DNA from: Candidatus Rifleibacteriota bacterium | GTDB taxonomy: Bacteria > Muiribacteriota > Ozemobacteria > Ozemobacterales > Ozemobacteraceae | Assembly: GCA_018818125.1 (NCBI GenBank) | Contig: JAHISQ010000034.1 | Span: 30,592 to 94,591, forward strand | Length of the DNA: 64,000 nt | Direction of reading: 5' to 3' | Shown: positions 56,719 through 64,000 of the stretch, piece by piece | How the letters are laid out: each line of letters opens with the position of its first letter | Numbering within the stretch: position 1 is the first letter of the stretch | Position numbers and translations under genes: made by a program | The notes under the pieces: generated by a model | Seen by the model: the letters and a program-made list of their open reading frames with translations, nothing else | What the model was told of the DNA's origin: nothing | Database searches by the model: none

Positions 56719-58992
56719 TTACTTGTCGAGTCCAAGAATCTTTTCTGGTTTGATCGGCAATCGGCGAATTCGCACGCCTGTCGCATTATAAATCGCGTTG
56801 GCAATCGCCGGCGCAACACCCATCAGCGGCACTTCCCCAAAACCTTTGGCACCATAGGGCCCACGATCATAGGCATGTTCCACGATTATCGGATCTAGTT
56901 CAGGAGTATCTTCTGTTGTCGGCAGAATATAGGTAGCAAAAGCATTGTTGAGCATACGACCGTCTGCATCGTGACGAATTTCTTCCATGGTCGCGTAGCC
57001 CATACCCTGTAAAGTGCCGCCTTCGATCTGCCCTTCAACCTGCTGCGGGTTTATTGCTTTACCCATATCATGCGCTGAAGTAATGCGGGTAACCCTGTAT
57101 TCGCCAGTTTCCATATCAACTTCTACCTCAGCAATGTTGGTGCAATAACTGTAGACAAAATAGGCGTTGCCTTGCCCGGTCTCTTTGTCATACGAAGAAT
57201 CAGGCGCAATAAACCAGCCAAAGGCGCTGGGCATAAGGCGATACGCGTAAAGTTTTTCAGCCAGTTCTCTGAAACCAATCTGTTTGCCTTCTGGTTGCGA
57301 TTTGAGGAAAGCCTTGCCATCGACAAGCTCTACTTCATCAATGACAGGCGCGCCAAGCAAGTCAGCAGCGACCTGTAACAATCGCGGACGCAGCTGTTCA
57401 GCGGCGAGCATCAGCGAATTTCCCGACATAAAAGTGGTGCGGCTGGCCACCGTCGGACCTGAATCTGGCACCAGACTGGTATCGGCCTCAACGACATTTA
57501 CAAGCTCATAGGGAGCGCCAAGCGCATCGGCCGCAATCTGAGCAAGCACTGTGCGAGCACCCTGCCCCATCTCGACATTGCCGATAGCACAGTGAACTGA
57601 GCCGTCCTTCATAATTGTCATGCTGGTTCCGACGCGGTCAAGGTGCTTGCCGCCGGCGCCAAGACCGACGCCGTAATACACGGTCGACACACCAACACCT
57701 TTGCGCATTACACCGCTGCGTTGTTCCGGTCTTTGCCATTTTTCGGCCCAGTCAGCTTTTTCGCTGGCCTTTTCCAGGGTTTCCATCAGGCCGCAGGATT
57801 GATCTATGATCTGGCTTGTCGCCGTGCTGGAACCAACTTTATAACAATTGATGCGGCGGATTTCAACCGGATCGATATTGAGCTCAGTTGCGATTTCGTC
57901 CATCATCGATTCGCCGGCAAAAATCACCTGAGGCGAGCCAAAACCGCGATAAGCGCCACATGGAACCTTGTTCGTCGCAACACCCCATGATTTGATATGA
58001 ACGTGATCGCATTCATAGGGCCCAAGAGCGTGTACCGTGCCACGCCACAGAACAATCGGGGTTAGCGTGGCGTAAGCGCCACCATCAACATAATAATCAA
58101 TCAAAGCGGCTGTGATTTTGCCTTTGTCGTCAGTGCCAATCTTCATTTTGATCAGACCGGGATGACGCTTGGAACTTGCAATAATATCTTCTTCGCGCTT
58201 GTATATAAGCTTTGCGGGGCGGTTAAAAAGCTGGGCTACAATGGCCGCATGCCCGGCAACAAGCGATGGAAAATCTTCCTTGCCGCCGAATCCGCCACCA
58301 GTAGTTGTTTGAACAATCTTCACCTGGTTGCGCTCACGACCAAGGGCCTGCGCAACTGCATCATGCACGTAAAACGGGCACTGCATGGTGCCATAAACCG
58401 TCATGGTTCCTTCATTCCCCGGAACCGCGATTACGCCGTTGGTTTCGAGATAAGCGTGTTCCTGGTAAGGAGTTTCGTATTCCTGCTCAAACACATGTGC
58501 CGCCGATTTCATGGCTTCTTCGGCATTGCCCTTTTCAACGTTATAGCGGCTGAAAACATTGTCGTTTCCGTAGATTTTAGGCGCAGACTCTTCAATAGAC
58601 TCTCTTATACCTAACACGGGCTTAAGTGGCTCAATATCGAGCTTTACCAGAGCAGCGGCAGCCTGAGCGACTTCATAACTTTCCGCAACTACCAGAGCAA
58701 CGGGCTCGCCGTGAAAGCGAACATAACCCTGAGCCAGAAAAGGTTCGTCATCGAATACCAGCGGAACCGAGTTTTTACCGGGAACCTGATCTGCGGTTAT
58801 TACGCCGACCACGCCGGCCATCTTTTCGGCTGCGCTTTTGTCGACGCCATTAAGACGCCCATAGGCGTGGGGTGAGCGGACAGTAGTAACATGTAGTATG
58901 TCAGAAAAATTGTAGTCGTCTATGTATCTTGACAGCCCTCTGAGCTTATCGAGAGCGTCTTTTCGCGGCATTGATTTCCCCACTACAGGCAT
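56719..58992 (-). CDS. Molybdopterin-binding subunit of a xanthine dehydrogenase / aldehyde oxidoreductase family enzyme
   Basis: TTTGGGFGGKE motif. N-terminal MPVVGKSMPRKDALDKLRG, with GGAGG upstream. Collinear with the XDH family large subunit. The ORF extends to 59160. No FeS or FAD subunit gene is adjacent. Confidence 0.8.
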   Translation of the reverse strand: MPVVGKSMPRKDALDKLRGLSRYIDDYNFSDILHVTTVRSPHAYGRLNGVDKSAAEKMAGVVGVITADQVPGKNSVPLVFDDEPFLAQGYVRFHGEPVALVVAESYEVAQAAAALVKLDIEPLKPVLGIRESIEESAPKIYGNDNVFSRYNVEKGNAEEAMKSAAHVFEQEYETPYQEHAYLETNGVIAVPGNEGTMTVYGTMQCPFYVHDAVAQALGRERNQVKIVQTTTGGGFGGKEDFPSLVAGHAAIVAQLFNRPAKLIYKREEDIIASSKRHPGLIKMKIGTDDKGKITAALIDYYVDGGAYATLTPIVLWRGTVHALGPYECDHVHIKSWGVATNKVPCGAYRGFGSPQVIFAGESMMDEIATELNIDPVEIRRINCYKVGSSTATSQIIDQSCGLMETLEKASEKADWAEKWQRPEQRSGVMRKGVGVSTVYYGVGLGAGGKHLDRVGTSMTIMKDGSVHCAIGNVEMGQGARTVLAQIAADALGAPYELVNVVEADTSLVPDSGPTVASRTTFMSGNSLMLAAEQLRPRLLQVAADLLGAPVIDEVELVDGKAFLKSQPEGKQIGFRELAEKLYAYRLMPSAFGWFIAPDSSYDKETGQGNAYFVYSYCTNIAEVEVDMETGEYRVTRITSAHDMGKAINPQQVEGQIEGGTLQGMGYATMEEIRHDADGRMLNNAFATYILPTTEDTPELDPIIVEHAYDRGPYGAKGFGEVPLMGVAPAIANAIYNATGVRIRRLPIKPEKILGLDK

Positions 58993-59196
58993 CTTCAAAC
59001 CTCCTGAGGTATTAGTGCATTTTTTGCAGTTTAGCACATGCCGCAATGAGATTCCAAAAATTCTACTGCCACTCAGGGTAAAAAAAGGGAAACTGCACAT
59101 CTGACGGGGCAAATGCTTTTTTCCCGCAGCCACATGCTTGGCTGATATAGATTCAGCCAAAGTCAGGATAAACGGGCTCTTTGGTTTTGCTGGTGC

Positions 59197-59346
59197 TTAC
59201 AGGCCTAAAATAAATTTAGCGGCTATAACACAAATAACTGCGATTACCAAAAACAGTAATTTTTGCTTGGTCTCACCAGCTGGATCAAACTTTGGTGTCT
59301 TCTGACCAGATTCTTCGTTGTTATTTTCGTCTTGATTGTATTCCAT
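59197..59346 (-). CDS. Possible small membrane protein (49 aa): acidic N-terminus plus one TM helix
   Basis: MEYNQDENNNEESGQKTPKFDPAGETKQKLLFLVIAVICVIAAKFILGL, with AAGGA 11 nt upstream. It falls below the ORF-track length cutoff. Confidence 0.2.
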   Translation of the reverse strand: MEYNQDENNNEESGQKTPKFDPAGETKQKLLFLVIAVICVIAAKFILGL

Positions 59347-59613
59347 GTGTGGCTTGTCCTTGTAATGGGCTCAGTGTGATATCGACAGTTTAACGAATAA
59401 AAATTAGCTGCACTGGCTCACAACTGCATCCTAACACATTCTGTAATCACACTGCAACCCCTATTTGCCCGGCGCTTCGTACACGCACTACGCACAGAGC
59501 TGAGGTTAGATCAGCAAAAAAAACGTTAAAGGCTGTTTTTTTGCGGCAAAATGTGGCATATATTATTATCAAACATTTATTCAACATTTTCCCAAAGGAC
59601 CAGCGAACTAATC

Positions 59614-62600
59614 ATGTATCTTAAGTCACTTGAGCTCATGGGCTTCAAGTCCTTCGGCCGCAAAACCGTTTTCGACTTCCAACCCGGCATTACCGCCATT
59701 ATTGGCCCTAATGGCTCGGGAAAAAGCAATGTGTGCGATGCAATCCGCTGGGTGCTCGGGGAACAGAGCGCCAAAGCTCTACGCGGCAACAAAATGTCAG
59801 AAGTCATCTTTGCCGGTTCGGCAGAGTTGAGGCCTGCGGCGTTTTCTCAGGTAAAACTTGTACTCGACAACGAAGATCACGCCATGCAGATGGACTATTC
59901 TGAAGTCAGCATCGGGCGCCAACTTTTTCGCTCAGGCGAGAGTAATTACTTTGTAAATAACAGCAGAACTCTGATGTCGAGCATTAAAGAAATGCTGATG
60001 GACACCGGTATCGGTAAAGACGGTTATTCGGTCATCGGTCAGGGCGACATCGAAGACATCGTCTTTCAGCGCACCCAGTCACGCCGCACGCTTATCGAAG
60101 AAGCTGCCGGTATAACCAAGTTCAAGCATCGCAAGATGAACACAATGACCAAGCTTGGGCATACCCGCACCAATATTACGCGTCTCAACGATATTACTTC
60201 CGAAATAGAAACCCAGCTCGGGCCACTGGCCGAGCAGGCCGAAAAAACCCGTAAATACCAGATGCTCGCAGGCGAAATTCGTCAGCTTGAGATAGATCTT
60301 ATTCTTTTCGATCTCAACCAGTATTACTCCGAGCAGGAAAACATCAATTCAATGCGGCTTGGACTGCTGGCCAAAGTCGAAGAAATCGAAAAATTTCTGG
60401 CAGAAGTCGATGCAAAAAAGGCAGATGCCCGCATCAGATTTGCTGAGTTCGAAGAGGTTTTGAAAACCCGGCAGGACGAAGTTAAAGTAGTTACCCTGCA
60501 GATTGACGAGCGCCGCAAACAGGCCGGGGTTGTGCGTGAAGACCTGCGCAGTCAACAGGCGCGTTGTCAGGCTATTCTAGAAGAAATTGAAGGCATCGAA
60601 ACCATGCTGCTTGATGGTGGCCAGGAAATTTCTGAAGCTGAAAACCGTTTTAAAGACGAGGAAGCTCGCGAAATCGAACTCGGCTGTGCTATGTCAGAAG
60701 TCGAAGAGAGTATTGCCAGTGTGCGCTCAGAACTCGAGCAACACCTCAAAGAACAGGCTAACGATAAGGACTCGGCTTTTCAAATCGCGGTTAAGCTGGC
60801 AGACCGTAAAAATCGCATAAATACAGCTCAGGCTCAGATGCAGATTCTTGATCGCCAGCTCGAAAAGGGCGAGTCTGATGTTACTTCGGCTCAAGGACAT
60901 GTCGACAAACTTAAAACCGAAAACAGTCGGCTCGAAAACGAGATTGCAACGATGAAGGCAGAGGTCGAAGAAAGTCGCACCCTGCAAAACAACGAGCTAA
61001 CACGACTCAATAAAATCGAAACCGACTGCCGCAGGAATGAAGAAGAACTGAATGCCGTCGGCGACCAGATAAAGATTCTCAACGCCCGCAGCAACATGCT
61101 CGATGAACTTCGTCACAGCAGCGAAAGTGGCATTTACCGCGGCGTCCAGGCTGCTCTGGCACTCAAGGAAACCGGCCGTCTACCCAATATTTTTGGTATA
61201 GTCGGGGACTTGATCAAGGTGCCTCAGGGCTACGAAACAGCCTTTGAAACTGCCCTTGGCGGCAGCATACAGGATATAGTTACACACGACGCTGAAACCG
61301 CAAAGTCCGCTATTGCCATACTAAAGCAGAACAAAGCCGGCCGTGCTACTTTTTTACCTCTCGACATGATCACCGCACCACCAACTGTAGCGAAACCAGG
61401 CGCTAAGGGATGTGTTGGGGTAGCACTTGAGCTGATAGAGTTCGATGCAAAGTTCTATACGGTTATGAGCAACCTGCTGGGCCGCATTCTTATCTTCGAC
61501 AATATTGACAATGCCGTCGAATTTGCCAGAAACAATCGTAACTTCAATCGCATAGTGACTCTCGATGGCGAAATCATCAGATCGTCGGGGGCGCTTACTG
61601 GCGGCGGAGATGCGCGGAAGTCCGGCGGGATTCTCTCGCGCAAACGTGAGCAGGAAGAGCTAGAAACCAAGCTGTCAGCCTTTATCAACAAAGAAGGCAA
61701 GCTGCGCTCTCTGGTCGCAAATATGCACAAAGAGCGCCAGCAACTGCAGAGTTCGACACGTTCTCGTGAAGACACAATACTGCGCCGTGAACAATCGCTC
61801 GAATTCTTTGCCAGAACTCTCGATAAAAACCGGGCTGAACTGACTTCACGCAACGAAGAATATTCAAACATTGCCCGCGACCGCGCCGAAATGACGCAAA
61901 GACTGGCGACGCTGCGCAGCGAAATCGAGCAGGCCAGTGGAGAGCTTTCTTTCCTTGAAAAGCAGGATGCCGATCTGGCCGGTCGTCTAAATTCTCTGAG
62001 TGGTCGAGAAGACTCGATTCAGAGCCGATTCTCTGCATTAAACAGCATCCTGAGCGAACGCAAACTTGAGCTGGCACAGGTTGTTGAGCGAAAAAAGGCA
62101 ATTCGCAAGGAAATCGAGAATGCCAGTCGACGTCGCAAAGATGCACAGGATCGCAAAGACCGCGCGTCCGCAGAAGTTGAGCGCCTGACGACTCTCAGCA
62201 ATGATGGCGGGACGCAGGTAGCTGCGATTCAAAAAGAGATCGACGAACTGGAAAAACGACGCGAAGCATTAGAAACCGCCATGGAAGACATCCAGAGCGA
62301 ATACCGAAAAATGTCAAAAGAACTCGATCAGCTTGATCATGCTTACCAAAGCCGTGTCCGCATCGAGGATTCAACGCGCAAAAAGCTTTCTGAGCTCGAT
62401 ATCAAAATGGCCGAGGTCAAAACTCATATCAGCACAAAAGAAGGCGTTCTCAGTGGCGAATTTGGGCTTGAGTTCGGCGATTTAACCATAAATCTGCACA
62501 AATATGAAAGTCGCGAAGAACTGGTCGGACGCACAACTCAGCGCAAGTTTGAGCAGGAAGTTCTTGAACCGGTAAACCCGCTGGCTATCGAAGATTACGA

Positions 62601-63258
62601 GAAGACCCGTGAACGCTATGATTTTTTGAATTCACAGGTAGCAGACCTCAGCGAAGCCGCCGATTCTCTTGAACAGGTCATCGCCGAGATCGAAAAAATT
62701 TCTTCTGAGCGCTTTCTTGAAACTTTTGCGCAGATCAACGTTGCCTTCAACGATATTTTCGAGATTCTGTTCCCAGGTGGCAACGGCATGCTCAAACTCA
62801 GCGACAAAGACAGCCCACTCGAAAGCGATGTTGATATTGTCTGCAGACTCCCCGGCAAAAAGCTCTCGACGCTTGAACTGTTCTCAGGCGGCGAAAAGGC
62901 GCTAATCTCACTGGCCCTTCTTTTCTCGATTCTGCAGGTTAAACCACCGGCTTTCTGTCTGCTGGACGAAGTCGAAGCTGCTCTCGACGAATCAAATGTG
63001 CGCCGCTTTACCAGAATGCTGCGCAGTTTTGCCGACAAAACCCAGTTTCTCGTAATTACTCACAATAAAGAAACCATGCAGGCTGTCGATGTTATTTATG
63101 GCGTTACCCTGCAAAAATCAGGCATTTCTCGACCCATTTCGATACGCCTCGAAGACGATGATAAAATCACGGAATTTACTGTAGGCAAATCAGGGCATTT
63201 CAGTGGTAGAAATATTCCACTGGCGACTGCTGCTGCCTCAGAGGAGAATCTGCAATGA
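59614..63258 (+). CDS. smc: Chromosome segregation protein SMC
   Basis: N-terminal MYLKSLELMGFKSF...GPNGSGKSNVCDAIRWVLGEQSAK (Walker A). Long coiled coils and a hinge. C-terminal signature LSGGEKALISLALLFSI and Walker B CLLDEVEAALDE. The ORF is open from 59551. Confidence 0.9.
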   Translation: MYLKSLELMGFKSFGRKTVFDFQPGITAIIGPNGSGKSNVCDAIRWVLGEQSAKALRGNKMSEVIFAGSAELRPAAFSQVKLVLDNEDHAMQMDYSEVSIGRQLFRSGESNYFVNNSRTLMSSIKEMLMDTGIGKDGYSVIGQGDIEDIVFQRTQSRRTLIEEAAGITKFKHRKMNTMTKLGHTRTNITRLNDITSEIETQLGPLAEQAEKTRKYQMLAGEIRQLEIDLILFDLNQYYSEQENINSMRLGLLAKVEEIEKFLAEVDAKKADARIRFAEFEEVLKTRQDEVKVVTLQIDERRKQAGVVREDLRSQQARCQAILEEIEGIETMLLDGGQEISEAENRFKDEEAREIELGCAMSEVEESIASVRSELEQHLKEQANDKDSAFQIAVKLADRKNRINTAQAQMQILDRQLEKGESDVTSAQGHVDKLKTENSRLENEIATMKAEVEESRTLQNNELTRLNKIETDCRRNEEELNAVGDQIKILNARSNMLDELRHSSESGIYRGVQAALALKETGRLPNIFGIVGDLIKVPQGYETAFETALGGSIQDIVTHDAETAKSAIAILKQNKAGRATFLPLDMITAPPTVAKPGAKGCVGVALELIEFDAKFYTVMSNLLGRILIFDNIDNAVEFARNNRNFNRIVTLDGEIIRSSGALTGGGDARKSGGILSRKREQEELETKLSAFINKEGKLRSLVANMHKERQQLQSSTRSREDTILRREQSLEFFARTLDKNRAELTSRNEEYSNIARDRAEMTQRLATLRSEIEQASGELSFLEKQDADLAGRLNSLSGREDSIQSRFSALNSILSERKLELAQVVERKKAIRKEIENASRRRKDAQDRKDRASAEVERLTTLSNDGGTQVAAIQKEIDELEKRREALETAMEDIQSEYRKMSKELDQLDHAYQSRVRIEDSTRKKLSELDIKMAEVKTHISTKEGVLSGEFGLEFGDLTINLHKYESREELVGRTTQRKFEQEVLEPVNPLAIEDYEKTRERYDFLNSQVADLSEAADSLEQVIAEIEKISSERFLETFAQINVAFNDIFEILFPGGNGMLKLSDKDSPLESDVDIVCRLPGKKLSTLELFSGGEKALISLALLFSILQVKPPAFCLLDEVEAALDESNVRRFTRMLRSFADKTQFLVITHNKETMQAVDVIYGVTLQKSGISRPISIRLEDDDKITEFTVGKSGHFSGRNIPLATAAASEENLQ

Positions 63259-64000
63259 GCGAAGAACTTCAAAAGATCACGCCGCAGGAAGAAACCGAAG
63301 CGGTTGTTTACACCCGACAATGGGATGAATCGCGAATCATCGTTCTCTTGATCGGACTGAGCCTGCTAATAGAAGGTCTGCTGATCTATTACCAGGCTGG
63401 ACCTTCGCAGATGATAGTTGCAGGTGTTACCGGCCTGGCCGGCGTTACCCTGCTGCTTTTCGCCTGGCTGGTGCCTTTTGAAGCTTTCGACGACACAACA
63501 CCGATTGATGAAAATGAAAAACCGGAGATTTCTGCCAAAACAGCTGAAATTGTGCAATATCAGCAAAAAGTAGCTGCCAGCACGGCAGCGGTCGAAACTG
63601 AGCTCCAAAAAAGTGCTGAACCAGCGGTTATCGAGAAAGCTGCCGAACCAGTTATCGAAAAAACCATTGAACCCGTAGTTGAAGAGGCTGAGCCTGAAAT
63701 GTCGTGGTTTCAGCGACTCAAAAAGGGTCTGACCAAGACGCGAAGCGGATTTGTCGGCAAACTCAAGCGACTGGTACTGGGCAGTACCAAGATTGACGAT
63801 GCCCTTCTTGACCAGCTGGAAGAAGCATTATACGAGGCCGATGTAGGTGTAAAAACAACCCAGGAACTCTTAAGCTATCTCCACAAAAAGGTAGACGAAG
63901 AAGATATTACCGACCCGAACAGAATTTATGAAATCCTGCGCGAGGTACTGCGTGGCATGCTGACCCGCTTCTCTTCTGAGGCAGTTTTCAATGCCAACGG
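63255..64000 (+). CDS. ftsY: Signal recognition particle receptor FtsY (N-terminal part, continues beyond the window)
   Basis: ATG overlaps the smc stop as ATGA. Acidic A-domain followed by the N-domain motif SWFQRLKKGLTKTRSGFVGKLKRL...DDALLDQLEEALYEADVGV. Confidence 0.85.
   Translation, partial: MSEELQKITPQEETEAVVYTRQWDESRIIVLLIGLSLLIEGLLIYYQAGPSQMIVAGVTGLAGVTLLLFAWLVPFEAFDDTTPIDENEKPEISAKTAEIVQYQQKVAASTAAVETELQKSAEPAVIEKAAEPVIEKTIEPVVEEAEPEMSWFQRLKKGLTKTRSGFVGKLKRLVLGSTKIDDALLDQLEEALYEADVGVKTTQELLSYLHKKVDEEDITDPNRIYEILREVLRGMLTRFSSEAVFNAN

Noticed and set aside
1-64000. Mobile elements such as transposases, integrases or phage genes, and tRNA or rRNA genes
   Set aside because: No DDE or tyrosine-recombinase motifs and no tRNA-like cloverleaf candidates were recognised in any intergenic gap. 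The only mobility-like signal is the repeat-flanked GC-rich cassette, which is reported as a finding.

Overview
This is a 64 kb chromosomal window that is mostly coding, with moderate GC of roughly 45-50% by eye. The source is probably a diderm bacterium, because an lpxK sits inside a glycosyltransferase and pyruvyl-transferase cluster.

Housekeeping blocks are easy to recognise:
- rpsF-ssb-rpsR-DUF2232-rplI-dnaB, in the Firmicutes-like order but without gdpP.
- smc-ftsY, the DEAD-box helicase deaD, endonuclease III nth, thiol peroxidase tpx, a MoaC-MOSC fusion, and a hybrid sensor histidine kinase.
- an ABC ATPase plus ABC-2 permease pair at the left edge.

The accessory content is dominated by secreted and membrane proteins, and several parts of it deserve attention:
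- 1970-8650: a family of proteins with an N-terminal zinc ribbon followed by one transmembrane helix. Each is divergently paired with a small secreted coiled-coil gene and a palindromic terminator. This roughly 0.5 kb module occurs twice, at 3010-3610 intact and at 8150-8650 decayed. The two copies bracket a visibly GC-richer (about 55-60%) three-gene cassette that encodes a 977-aa secreted protein with repeated beta-rich segments of unassigned fold and two membrane proteins.
- 8657-11650: two tandem clostripain-like C11 cysteine peptidase paralogs.
- 15701-21084: a minus-strand run headed by a STAS anti-sigma antagonist, followed by a secreted 375-aa protein, an HExxH metallopeptidase, a 738-aa polytopic membrane protein and a secreted calcium-binding repeat protein.
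- 23173-24150: a secreted zinc phospholipase C / S1-P1 nuclease-like domain fused to a ComEA helix-hairpin-helix DNA-binding domain.
- 31019-34180: a class II phosphodiesterase / metallo-beta-lactamase-like HxHxDH enzyme fused to two cNMP-binding domains, next to an ADP-ribosylglycohydrolase.
- 36032-37614: a lipoprotein metallopeptidase that appears frameshifted.

I recognised no rRNA, tRNA, CRISPR array, transposase or integrase. Every functional call rests on motifs read by eye. No database search was run.
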